Below are positions 1 to 8,883 of a stretch of 20,565 bases of DNA, piece after piece. The notes under the pieces are model-generated. The model did no database searches, had not been told where the DNA came from, and saw only the letters and a list, made by a program, of their open reading frames with translations. Every line of letters starts with the position of its first letter. Position 1 is the first letter of the stretch. A program made the translations under genes and the position numbers. Source of the DNA: Pseudomonadota bacterium (GTDB taxonomy: Bacteria; Desulfobacterota; Desulfobacteria; Desulfobacterales; JBDRRP01); NCBI GenBank assembly GCA_043825735.1, contig JBDRRP010000125.1, positions 62,001-82,565 of the forward strand, read 5' to 3'.

Positions 1-650
1 TTTTCGGTGTTGATGACGACACATCCGGCCGCCACGGGAACGGCGCCGCCGGTCAGTCCGGTACCGCCGCCCCTGGGGATCGCTTTGAGACCCAGGGCAG
101 CCACCGCCTCGAGCAGCAGCGGCACTTGTGTCTCCTGATCGGGGCAGACCACCGCCACCGGCAGGTGCAGGCGCCAGTCGGTGGCGTCCGTTGCGTGGGC
201 CGAGAGCGTGAACGGATCGAAGAAGACATTTTTCTCGTCTACGATGGCGCCCAGATGACGGCGCATCCGTGCCCTCATCTGAGTGCTGGCGTCCAGCTGC
301 GCGCGCACGGTGTCGAGTTTCCGGCGGCATGCATCCAGCACCAGACCCAGATCCGGCTCGGGCCGCCCCCGGTCGGCGATCAGCGCCAGGTCCCTTTGGG
401 CGGCGCCCAGAAAACGCCGACGCCGCCGGCGGTCGTCCAGCAGCTCCTGGTAGAGAAACGGGTTGCGGTGGACTATGAACAGCTCCCCGATCACGCGCAT
501 CAACAGCCGCCAGGAGCGTCCGGTCCGGCGGGTGATCGCCAGCCGGCCAAGGGGGGCCAGCACCCCGTCGCCCAGCACAAGCGCCAAGATCCGCCGGTCG
601 TCGGCAGAGGTGTAATTGTAGGGAATGTCCCGTTCAGTGGTTTTGCTCAT
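1..650 (-). CDS. FAD-binding oxidoreductase with N-terminal DUF3683-like region (partial, continues beyond window start)
   Basis: Absent from the ORF track because it has no stop in the window. Manual translation from ATG at 650 gives MSKTTERDIPYNYTSADDRRILAL...RRTGRSWRLL...HRNPFLYQELL...AHATDATDWRLHLPVAVVCPDQETQV...IPRGGGTGLTGGAVP...VINTEK. IPYNYTS/RRTGRS/TDATDWR are typical of DUF3683 proteins and PRGGGTGLTGGA is the FAD_binding_4 motif. AGGAA lies upstream of the ATG. Confidence 0.85.
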   Translation of the reverse strand, partial: MSKTTERDIPYNYTSADDRRILALVLGDGVLAPLGRLAITRRTGRSWRLLMRVIGELFIVHRNPFLYQELLDDRRRRRRFLGAAQRDLALIADRGRPEPDLGLVLDACRRKLDTVRAQLDASTQMRARMRRHLGAIVDEKNVFFDPFTLSAHATDATDWRLHLPVAVVCPDQETQVPLLLEAVAALGLKAIPRGGGTGLTGGAVPVAAGCVVINTE

Positions 651-778
651 CGGTTCCTGCCGGCGCGGCTCGATCCGCACAATACGCCATAGAAACAAAA
701 ACGCTCCCGCATAACAGGCCGGGTGCGCTGTCAAATGCCGGGTTATCTATAGGCCAGCTTTGCCCGACGATCAAGGTT

Positions 779-900
779 GACAGCCCTGCAAAAAGTCTGA
801 AATCACCACCGAGGACACAGAGCGCGCAGAGATAGCTTACTAATTATTCAGTATATTCTCTGAGGTTCTCTGCGGTCTCTGTGGTTCAAATTCATTTTTT
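779..900 (+). mobile_element. MITE-like element, copy A, containing a CACAGAG palindrome (805-885)
   Basis: Aligns without gaps, about 80% identity by eye, to the reverse complement of ~14678-14798. Right end is degenerate. Confidence 0.7.
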
Positions 901-1687
901 TTGTGTAATTGGCCCAGATGACGATCGATTTATCATTCCGTGCAGCAGGTGGGCGATGGTTTCACGAAAAGCGGTCGCGAAATCGATCTTGAAGTGCTGA
1001 AACTCGGGCATGGCCAGCACCTCGCGCTGCGTTTCCGACAAGGTGGTCATGGTGGTCAGACCGATGGCGGCCGCCAACTGCAGTTGAAGAAAATTCAGCG
1101 CATCACCGCGGCCGAGCGCCGGAAACAGCCGGCAGATCAAATCGGAGAGCATGCCGAACTCGTTATTGGCCATCCGTTTGAAATCGATCAGGTTTTGGAT
1201 GGTCGCCTTCTTTTCCAGGTGGACATACAAAATGGACACGAGGCCCATCATGCGACGGTGCCGCATCTGCGCAGCCACCCAGATGTCAGCGAATGCTTCG
1301 ACGGTGCATTGCTTTGCGTCATCAAAGGCACCGATCACATCCGCCCGCCAGGGATAGTTCACATTCTGACTGATCATTCTTCGCGTCATGCCCGGATTGG
1401 CCATGGTGCCGTCACCGAGTTGCCGGATCAGGTTGAAACTTTCCGATGTGCCATAGGGGTTGATGCCCGGTCCGGTGACCAGGGAGGGGTTGATGACCAC
1501 CAGGTCCCACCGGTGCGGTCGCTCATTGATCGTCCAGGCCTCTTTTTCTGCCAGGGTCTTGGAATAGGAATAGGGCTGGTGCATGCACCGCAAGGCCTTC
1601 TTCCAGCAGTCGTTTGACGATCCAGCCGGCTACACAACCGGTGGCGCCGGTAACCATTACGGTTTTAATATCATTTGTGGTTTCCAT
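892..1687 (-). pseudogene. Chimeric deletion remnant: NAD-dependent epimerase/dehydratase (extended SDR) fragments fused to a TetR-family C-terminal domain
   Basis: ATG at 1687 gives METTNDIKTVMVTGATGCVAGWIVKRLLEEGLAVHA (Rossmann start). A frameshifted jump leads to HQPYSYSKTLAEKEAW...VVINPSLVTGP (YxxxK segment), then a jump to the C-terminal-like TRRMISQNVNYPWRAD, then a helical ~140-aa region (ILYVHLEKKATIQNLIDFKR...) resembling TetR C-terminal ligand-binding domains, with no HTH. Confidence 0.75.
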
Positions 1688-1713
1688 GGGTTGCCCTTTC
1701 GAAAACGGATTAA

Positions 1714-1758
1714 GAGACGCTATGTCGCTAATATTAGAGACCGCACGTCTCATGTCAA
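1714..1758 (-). promoter_or_regulatory. sigma70-type promoter with two tandem operator-like palindromes GAGAC-N5-GTC(T/G)C
   Basis: Minus strand TTGACA (1758-1753), N16, TAATAT (1736-1731). Palindromes at 1714-1728 (GAGACgctatGTCGC) and 1737-1751 (GAGACcgcacGTCTC). Confidence 0.6.
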
Positions 1759-2160
1759 TCCGATGATCGGAATATTCCCGCAAGACTCAGCATCGAACGC
1801 GCGACCGGGCGGGCGCAGCCGAACCCGGGCTGGTCCGTTGCCCCGATACCCCTTCCGGTTTGCCAGCCGGACACCGCCTGTTGATCGGCCCATTGACTTT
1901 TATAAAGCGTTACAGGTATTTAATGAATAATCACACAATATAAACATCAGTGTCTCCAGCCTTTCAAATGAGCATCAGCAGCGGCATAAAATTAGGGTCT
2001 GCCGGAGTGAATTACTTCTCAGGCATGCCTTTTGGGATCGGCTCTAAAGACGTCGCCAAAATGTTGTAAAGAGTTGCCGGCATCGTTTTTAGCGGTCTTC
2101 GGGGGTTCATGGAAAACAGTGCTCCATGATAATTGTTAACCGCCAAAAAGTGAGGGCGCA

Positions 2161-2430
2161 GTGAACACGGTCGTGATCAAGTTCTCGGTTCAAGAAAGGG
2201 AGTTACTCTTCTCGCTCATGCATGCGGATCCGGGTCTGACGGAAAGACTGCGGACGGCTGACATGAAAAACAACCTCATCAGCGCATCCTATACGGTTGA
2301 AGAGCTTGAAGATCTGCTCGACGCCATTGCTGCTGAAGCCAATTACACCCCGGATGAACAGGTGCAAAAACAGTTAGACCGAATCGCCGACAAAATCGAA
2401 GAGATACTCTTCGAACTGCAGCGCTTGTAG
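2161..2430 (+). CDS. hypothetical acidic helical protein (89 aa)
   Basis: GTG start preceded by GAGGG; protein-like amphipathic helical composition (ELEDLLDAIAAEAN...KQLDRIADKIEE); no competing gene in the interval. Confidence 0.7.
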   Translation: MNTVVIKFSVQERELLFSLMHADPGLTERLRTADMKNNLISASYTVEELEDLLDAIAAEANYTPDEQVQKQLDRIADKIEEILFELQRL

Positions 2431-2647
2431 CCTCCGGCGATCGGCCGGGATGCGGTGCACGTCAACGGCGGCACAGGGTGTCTTCCTGACGGCAAGAACG
2501 GGCGCGGCGCCCGCGGAGACCCGGTTGCCAACGTGGCGCCGGTTGCTTCCGCAGCACTTGGCCGGCCCGGTCGGGGCACGTGACGGAAGCATTTTTGTCG
2601 ATAGGGGCGTCCTGCTCCAACATCATCAATTAAGGGGGGAGAACACC

Positions 2648-4315
2648 ATGAAAATCGTAAAGGGGTTTCCGGCCACCAGTCAGGATAACTATCAACTCAA
2701 CGTCACCAATATCATCAAGCATGCAGCGCGAAATTTCGGCCGGCAGGAGATCATCGGTCGGCGTCATGACGGGTCCATGTTTCGCTACTCTTACGCCGCG
2801 GCCTACGAGCGTATCCAGCGTCTGGCGGGCGGCCTCACCCGCATCGGCGTTGCCGTGGGAGACCGGGTCGGGGTGCTGGCCTGGAACACCCATGAAAATT
2901 ACGAGCTTTATTTCGGCATCCCCGGTATGGGGGCGGCAATGCTGCTGATGAATCTGCGGCTCACCCCGCAGGACCTGGCATACGTGACCAATCATTCGGG
3001 AGCCAGCACGATCGTGGTCGACGAAACGCTACTGCCCCTGGCCGAAGCCATCGCCCCCATGTGCGAGAACGTGAAGAGATTCGTCGTGATCGCCCTGCCC
3101 GGCAAGAAAGCGGCCGCGGTGACCACGAAACTGAAAAACATTTACGGTTACGAAGAAATTCTGGCCGAGGCAGCGCCCGTGTTCGACTGGCCCAATCTGG
3201 ATGAAACGACGGCCTACGGGGCCTGCTACACAACGGGAACTACCGGAAAGCCGAAGGGGGTCTATTACAGCCACCGGAACGTCTACCTTCATTCGTGCGC
3301 CATCGGGATGAATTCGGATATCTCCCTCAAGGATACCTACTGCCAGGTGGTGCCCATGTTCCATGCTCTGGGATGGGGCGTGTGCCAGGCCGCCACCATG
3401 GCCGGTGCCCGGCTGGTTTTTCCGGGCATGTATACCCTGGATAAGCTGGAGCACCTGAGCCGTATTCTGGTGGAAGAAAAAGTGACTGCCAGCGCCGGTG
3501 CCCCTGCGATCTTCATGCCGTTTCTGGAATACGTGCGGGGGCTGGAGAAAAGACCGGACCTGACCGGGGCGCGCTTTCTGTCCGGCGCCACGGAGCCGCC
3601 CGTGGCCATGATGAAGGGTTTTGACGAGATGCTGGGTGTTGAAATCATCCATGCATACGGGGCCACGGAAACCACCCCGCTGGTAACCATCAACCGCCTC
3701 AAGCCCTGGCTGGAAAAAGAATTGAGCGAGGATGCCAAGTGGGATCTGAAGCGCAAGCAGGGATACGTGGTCGTGGGGCTGGACGTGAAGGTCGTCGACG
3801 CCGGTGACCGGGAGGTCCCCCATGACGGCAAGACGCCCGGGGAGGTCCTGGTCCGCGGGCCTTGGATCACCGCCGCCTATCATGACGCCCCCGGATCCGA
3901 GGTCCAGTTCACCGAGGACGGGTACTGGCGCAGCGGGGATGTGGGCACCATGGACGCCGAAGGCTATCTCAAAATCACCGACCGGGTAAAGGATGTCATC
4001 AAAAGCGGCGGGGAGTGGATCTCTTCGGTGGACATGGAAAACGACATCGTCGGACATCCGGCCGTGCTGGAGGCGGCCGTGGTCGGCGTGACCCATCCCA
4101 AGTGGCAGGAGAGGCCCCTGGCACTGGTCCGGCTGAGGGATGAATCGAAGGGGAAGGTCACGGCCGAGGACATCCGCGCGCATCTGGCAAAGACATTTGC
4201 CAAGTGGCAGCTGCCCGACGAGGTCCTTTTCGTGGAAGAGATCCCCAAGACCAGTGTGGGCAAGATCAACAAGAAGGTGATCCGGTCCGACTACAAGGAT
4301 TTTTACAAAGCGTAA
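2648..4315 (+). CDS. fatty-acid/acyl-CoA ligase (AMP-forming, AlkK/DmdB/ttLC-FACS-like)
   Basis: Motifs YTTGTTGKPKG, YGATE, RSGD, DRVKDVIKSGGEWISS and PKTSVGKINK. Start placed at ATG 2648 after AAGGGGGGAG rather than at 2450. Confidence 0.93.
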   Translation: MKIVKGFPATSQDNYQLNVTNIIKHAARNFGRQEIIGRRHDGSMFRYSYAAAYERIQRLAGGLTRIGVAVGDRVGVLAWNTHENYELYFGIPGMGAAMLLMNLRLTPQDLAYVTNHSGASTIVVDETLLPLAEAIAPMCENVKRFVVIALPGKKAAAVTTKLKNIYGYEEILAEAAPVFDWPNLDETTAYGACYTTGTTGKPKGVYYSHRNVYLHSCAIGMNSDISLKDTYCQVVPMFHALGWGVCQAATMAGARLVFPGMYTLDKLEHLSRILVEEKVTASAGAPAIFMPFLEYVRGLEKRPDLTGARFLSGATEPPVAMMKGFDEMLGVEIIHAYGATETTPLVTINRLKPWLEKELSEDAKWDLKRKQGYVVVGLDVKVVDAGDREVPHDGKTPGEVLVRGPWITAAYHDAPGSEVQFTEDGYWRSGDVGTMDAEGYLKITDRVKDVIKSGGEWISSVDMENDIVGHPAVLEAAVVGVTHPKWQERPLALVRLRDESKGKVTAEDIRAHLAKTFAKWQLPDEVLFVEEIPKTSVGKINKKVIRSDYKDFYKA

Positions 4316-4341
4316 GAATGCTGCGGTGGATGACAATTGTT

Positions 4342-4373
4342 ACAGGGCCGGTATCCTGCCGGCCCTGTTTTTT
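4342..4373 (+). terminator. rho-independent terminator
   Basis: 10-bp stem ACAGGGCCGG/CCGGCCCTGT with a 7-nt loop followed by a T run, just after the ligase stop. Confidence 0.85.
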
Positions 4374-4629
4374 AGTGGCGCGGGCATTTCAGGTTCGGAA
4401 AAAACACCCAACGCCTGTTCGCAGATCCCGGCAGCTGAAACCGGAACAGCGGTTTCCGATCGGTTCCCGAATCGGATATGGCGATGCTAAATTGAAACCG
4501 TAATGTTATCGATGGGTTGGGTGGTTTTCTGCCGGAATTGGCCGCCAGTGCTCAAAACAGGTCGCCGCACTTCTCAACCAGGACCGGCGCACCGTCAATA
4601 AATTCAGCCATATCGGAGAGTAACGCCAT

Positions 4630-4645
4630 TGGCACATCTGGTGCT
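4630..4645 (+). promoter_or_regulatory. candidate sigma54 -24/-12 promoter
   Basis: TGGCAC-ATCTG-GTGCT has correct GG-N10-GC spacing and lies ~70 bp upstream of the ATG at 4718. Confidence 0.55.
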
Positions 4646-4717
4646 TGTCTTTGCTGCCTGCGAATTGCGACAGGCGCGGTCCGCAGGTTATCCAATGACA
4701 CGTTAAGGAGATACCAG

Positions 4718-5005
4718 ATGAGTAGCAAAAGGCGTTGGTTAATGGCATGGGTAGCGGTAATGGCTGGTTGTGCGCTCATGCTGGCGTCACCGGCAATGGC
4801 CGCACAAGACACGATTGTTGGCACCGTCCAGGCGGGTTACCGAATTGTCACGGCGGAGGGAGACGTTTATGACGTCACCAATAACGACCAAGGCAAAAAG
4901 CTTATGGAATTGGTCGGTAAAAAGGTGGAGGCCCGAGGCAAGGTGAGCGAAGATGACATCATGAAAGTAATCACCGTCATTGAATACAGCGTTCTGCCGG
5001 ACTGA
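4718..5005 (+). CDS. small secreted/periplasmic protein (95 aa), beta-rich, possibly OB-fold-like
   Basis: TAAGGAG RBS before ATG 4718; signal peptide MSSKRRWLMAWVAVMAGCALMLASPAMA with an AMA cleavage site; mature part TIVGTV...LVGKKVEARGKV. Confidence 0.8.
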   Translation: MSSKRRWLMAWVAVMAGCALMLASPAMAAQDTIVGTVQAGYRIVTAEGDVYDVTNNDQGKKLMELVGKKVEARGKVSEDDIMKVITVIEYSVLPD

Positions 5006-5024
5006 GCGTATCCATCTGGAATCA

Positions 5025-5073
5025 GGCGGCGCCGGCACCCTGCTGCACCGGGGGGCCGGCGCCGTTTATTTTT
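5025..5073 (+). terminator. rho-independent terminator
   Basis: CGGCGCCGGC/GCCGGCGCCG stem followed by TTTATTTTT, between convergent genes. Confidence 0.7.
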
Positions 5074-5117
5074 CCGGCGGGCGGGGTGCGCCTGCGCAGG
5101 GCGAAGACGGTTTACGG

Positions 5118-6065
5118 CTATTGAGCCGCCCCGCTTAAAAAGCGCACGAGTATCGGGTTGATGATGCCGGCATTTTCATACTGGCAGCCGTGGCCGGCAT
5201 CATCAATGGGCACCAGGCGCGCCCGGGGCATGGCCTTGAGCACTTTTTCGCTGTGCTCGAAGGGGATGATGGCGTCCTGGCGTCCCCAGAATACCAGGAC
5301 CGGCCGCGGGTGCCGGCCGGCGCTTTCAAAGGCGGCCCGCTGGTTGTTCAGGTCAAAGTGGCGCAGGGTACTGACAATGGCCCGTTTATATCCCTTGTAG
5401 ATGAGCTGTTCCTGAAATTTTTCAATATACTCGGGGAACTTTTCAGGGGCGTACAGCGAGCTTCTCACGCTCTTGATCAGGCTGCGGTCGCCCACCGCCT
5501 TCATGAGATAGCTCCCCAGCACCGGCAACCGGACCAGCTTACTGGTAAAGGGCAGGGTGACGGGAAATCCGGCGGGTGCCACGAGCACCAGCTTGTCGAC
5601 TTTTTCCGGGTGCCGCGCGGCAAAAATGGTCGCGATCGCACCCCCCATGGAAAGGCCCACCAGTCGGACCGGTCCCGGGATCTTGAGCGCTTCGAGCAGT
5701 TCCGTAAGTTGACGGTCGAAAAGTGCTTCACTGTAGTCGGCCGCCGGGCGGTCTGACAGCCCGCGGCCGAAAAGATCGTAGCGCAGCACTCTGAAGCCGG
5801 CGGCCACCAGCGCCGGACCATTTTTATCCCAGTTATACATGGGCGTTGAAAACCCGTGGACCAGCACCACCACCGGTCCGCTTTCAGGCCCTTGCCACTC
5901 ATAGTGGGTGACCCCGTCCGAGAGTTTGACGAAATCGCCGGGCAGCCCCTTGCGGGTCGTTTCGGTCAGCGTTGACGACTCGCGGTCAAAAACAAAATAC
6001 GGAATGGCGAGTGCAATGACCCCCGCAACACATGCGATCAGGGCGATTCGGGTTTTCTTCTTCAT
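5118..6065 (-). CDS. alpha/beta-fold hydrolase with N-terminal membrane anchor or signal
   Basis: HGFS oxyanion loop, YDLFGRGLS, GLSMGG nucleophile elbow, WGRQD acid and AGH histidine; AAGGAGG RBS. Confidence 0.92.
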   Translation of the reverse strand: MKKKTRIALIACVAGVIALAIPYFVFDRESSTLTETTRKGLPGDFVKLSDGVTHYEWQGPESGPVVVLVHGFSTPMYNWDKNGPALVAAGFRVLRYDLFGRGLSDRPAADYSEALFDRQLTELLEALKIPGPVRLVGLSMGGAIATIFAARHPEKVDKLVLVAPAGFPVTLPFTSKLVRLPVLGSYLMKAVGDRSLIKSVRSSLYAPEKFPEYIEKFQEQLIYKGYKRAIVSTLRHFDLNNQRAAFESAGRHPRPVLVFWGRQDAIIPFEHSEKVLKAMPRARLVPIDDAGHGCQYENAGIINPILVRFLSGAAQ

Positions 6066-6321
6066 GACGACCGTGCCTCCTTTGGATGGCCGCCGGCGCT
6101 CAAGACACTGGCGGGTTGATATGCTTCATATCAAAATGCACGGCTGAGCAACACTCGAATCCGAGTTTGATCAAAAGGCCCTGCAATATCAGCGTCTGTC
6201 GCCTTCTGGCATTCAGTCTGGGAAAAAGGCATTCCTTGCAAATGGCAGGGGCATCGTTTTATGATCGGGTAAACGATGCCTGTGCTGGAAACCGGTGCCC
6301 ACATGCTCACAGGCGGTGCCC

Positions 6322-8718
6322 ATGGACAAAAAACCAAGTTATGAGGAATTGGCGCGACGGCTTGCCGACATGGAGGAAACGTTGGCTGAGTTGGGCGCGG
6401 CGTCGCTATTGGAGAGCGAGCGCCTGCACCGCGCGGTGGTGGCGTCGCTGAAGGAGGGTGTCATTCTTCAAGAGGCCGGCGGCCGCATCGTTACCTGGAA
6501 CGCCAGCGCCGAGAAAATTTTCGGCATCACCGCCGCCGACACCGTCGGGCGGACCTCTCTGGATATCGCCTGGCCGACCATATCCTCCGATGGCAGGGAA
6601 CTGGAAGGCAAGGACCATCCTTCAATGATCACCCTGGCCACGGGCCGGCCATGCCATGACGTGCTGATGGGCGTCCGGCGGGCGCCGGACGACATCCGTT
6701 GGATTTCCGTCAACACGCAGCCGATCTTCGAAGAGGGAAAGACCACGCCCAGCGCCGTGGCGATTTCCTTTTCGGACTGCACCGCGCGGATGTCTGCCGA
6801 GGCGGAGCTGGCGCGTGAAGCCGTACGCCGGCGCATCCTCATCGAACAGTCCCGGGACGGCATCGTGGTGCTCGACGAGGATGGCAAAGTCTTCGAAGTG
6901 AACAAGAAGTTTGCCGACATGCTGGGCTATACCATTCAGGAGGCACTGGAACTCTACGTGTGGAACTGGGAAAATCTGGTTCCCAAGGCAACGGTGCTGG
7001 AGATGATCAAGGCGGTCGATGCGGCCGGCGACCATTTCGAGACCGAGCACCGACGCAAGGACGGCACGACATATCCGGTGGAAATAAGTACCAACGGAGC
7101 GGTAATCGACGGGCGCAAGATGGTGTTCTGCGTTTGCCGGGACATTACCGAGCGAAAAGCGGCGGAAGAGGTGCTTCGGGAGAGCGAGGAGCGGTTCCGC
7201 CGTTTGTTTGAAGAGGCTCCCATTGCCATTCAGGGATACCTGCCCGATGGGACCATTAATTACTGGAACTCGGCCAGCATCGACACTTATGGCTACACCA
7301 CGGAAGAGGCCGTCGGAAAAAACCTGCTCGATCTCATTATCCCGCCGGAAATGCGCGATGACGTCGTCAGAGCCATCCGCCAGGGGGCGGATACCGGAGA
7401 GATGCCGCCCTCCGAGGAACTGTCTCTCATGAAAAAGGACGGCTCCCGCGTGCTGGTGCTCTCTTCTCACGTGGCGATACGGCGCCCCGGCAAAGAGACC
7501 GAGCTTTACTGCATCGACAATGATCTCACCGAAATCAAGCAATTGCAGGCCGCGCTGGAACAGGCTCACAAAATGGAGGCCATCGGCACCCTGACCGGCG
7601 GCATTGCCCATGATTTCAACAATATTCTGGGGGTCATCATCGGCAATTGCGAACTGGCCCTGGACGATGTGCCCGAATGGAATCCAGCCCATTCCAATCT
7701 TGAGGAAATCAAGACTGCCGGGCTTAGGGCCAAGGATATCGTACGCCAGCTGCTGACCTTCTGCCGCCGGGGAGGTCTTGAGCGAAAACCGATTCCCCTG
7801 GTGGCGGTGCTGCATGGGGTTGTCAAGTTCATCCGGGCGGCGATTCCGACCACCATCGACATCCAATGCGATTTCAGATCGACTGCGGATACCATTCTCT
7901 CCGAGCCGTCGCTGATCTACCAGGTGCTGATGAACCTGTGCAGCAATGCCGCCCGGGCCATGGCCGATACCGGCGGGTGCATCCTCATCGGGGTGAAAAA
8001 CATCAGCCGGTCCCCGGGGCAACCGGGCGCCGTGCTGGCAGGGCTGCCTTCCGGCCATTACATTCAGCTGACGGTCTCAGACACCGGCCCCGGGATTGGG
8101 CCCGATATTATCGACCGCATCTTTGACCCCTATTTCACGACCGCTGAAGTGGGAAAGGGATCGGGGATGGGGCTTGCCGTGGTGCAGGGGATCATCAACG
8201 CCCACAATGGTAGGATTTCGGTGGAAAGCACCCCGGGCGCTGGCGCCAAATTTACCGTGATCCTGCCGCTGGTGGACGGGTCGCCTGAGCCTGCGCACTC
8301 GGATGCGGCGGCGATACCGACGGGCGGTGAATCCATCCTGCTGGTCGACGATGAGCGCTCCGTCGCCGTCATGCAGCAAAAGCTGCTCCTCCGTTTGGGT
8401 TATACGGTCCATATCGAAACGGACCCAATGCAGGCCGTCAGCATCTTCAGAGAAAATCCAGCGCGATTTGATCTGGTGTTGACCGATATGACCATGCCGG
8501 CCATGGACGGCCTCGAACTGGCGCGGCAAGTCAAGACCATCCGTCACGGCATGCCGGTGATATTGTGCACCGGGCACAGTGAGCAGGTGACACCCGAAAA
8601 ACTGGTCGCCATCGGCATAGAGGGGTATCTGATGAAGCCGATATCGAAAAGCGATATGGCCAATCAGGTTCGCCGCGTGCTGGGCAGCTCGAGGGACACC
8701 CATGAAAGTATGCGTTGA
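6322..8718 (+). CDS. cytoplasmic hybrid sensor histidine kinase/response regulator (3 PAS, HisKA, HATPase_c, REC)
   Basis: Three PAS-like repeats (WNASAEKIFG, VNKKFADMLGY, WNSASIDTYGY); H-box GGIAHDFNNIL; DTGPGI, FDPYF, GSGMGL; receiver LLVDDE...TDMTMP...MKP. Start at MDKKPSYEEL chosen by inference. Confidence 0.93.
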   Translation: MDKKPSYEELARRLADMEETLAELGAASLLESERLHRAVVASLKEGVILQEAGGRIVTWNASAEKIFGITAADTVGRTSLDIAWPTISSDGRELEGKDHPSMITLATGRPCHDVLMGVRRAPDDIRWISVNTQPIFEEGKTTPSAVAISFSDCTARMSAEAELAREAVRRRILIEQSRDGIVVLDEDGKVFEVNKKFADMLGYTIQEALELYVWNWENLVPKATVLEMIKAVDAAGDHFETEHRRKDGTTYPVEISTNGAVIDGRKMVFCVCRDITERKAAEEVLRESEERFRRLFEEAPIAIQGYLPDGTINYWNSASIDTYGYTTEEAVGKNLLDLIIPPEMRDDVVRAIRQGADTGEMPPSEELSLMKKDGSRVLVLSSHVAIRRPGKETELYCIDNDLTEIKQLQAALEQAHKMEAIGTLTGGIAHDFNNILGVIIGNCELALDDVPEWNPAHSNLEEIKTAGLRAKDIVRQLLTFCRRGGLERKPIPLVAVLHGVVKFIRAAIPTTIDIQCDFRSTADTILSEPSLIYQVLMNLCSNAARAMADTGGCILIGVKNISRSPGQPGAVLAGLPSGHYIQLTVSDTGPGIGPDIIDRIFDPYFTTAEVGKGSGMGLAVVQGIINAHNGRISVESTPGAGAKFTVILPLVDGSPEPAHSDAAAIPTGGESILLVDDERSVAVMQQKLLLRLGYTVHIETDPMQAVSIFRENPARFDLVLTDMTMPAMDGLELARQVKTIRHGMPVILCTGHSEQVTPEKLVAIGIEGYLMKPISKSDMANQVRRVLGSSRDTHESMR

Positions 8719-8883
8719 TAGCTCAAAGTGCCTCTGATAGCCTTAGTCCATGCCGGGAAATGCCGGAATTGAGGCGCCGGGCTCCGGGCATCGCATCATT
8801 GCCAGAAGCGCTTGAAATCACAGGACTGCCCTGAAAATTTCATAAGTGAATGGGCGTTACATATTAGAAAGGAGTGTGCCATT

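Noticed and set aside
126..692. 188-aa plus-strand ORF
   Set aside because: Antisense shadow of the minus-strand FAD oxidoreductase at 1-650, which has clear family motifs.
892..1593. 233-aa ORF as an intact gene
   Set aside because: It starts mid-domain without an RBS and joins unrelated domain fragments; treated as part of the chimeric pseudogene.
2530..2546. TGGCGC...TTGCT as a sigma54 promoter for the ligase
   Set aside because: GG-to-GC spacing is 8 rather than the required 10.
2450..2647. N-terminal extension of the acyl-CoA ligase ORF
   Set aside because: Not protein-like, and a strong RBS precedes ATG 2648.
3029..4336. 435-aa minus-strand ORF, and similar long antisense ORFs at 6622-8058, 9223-11007, 10913-12058 and 13486-14715
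   Set aside because: Typical high-GC antisense shadows of well-supported genes, with no recognisable motifs.
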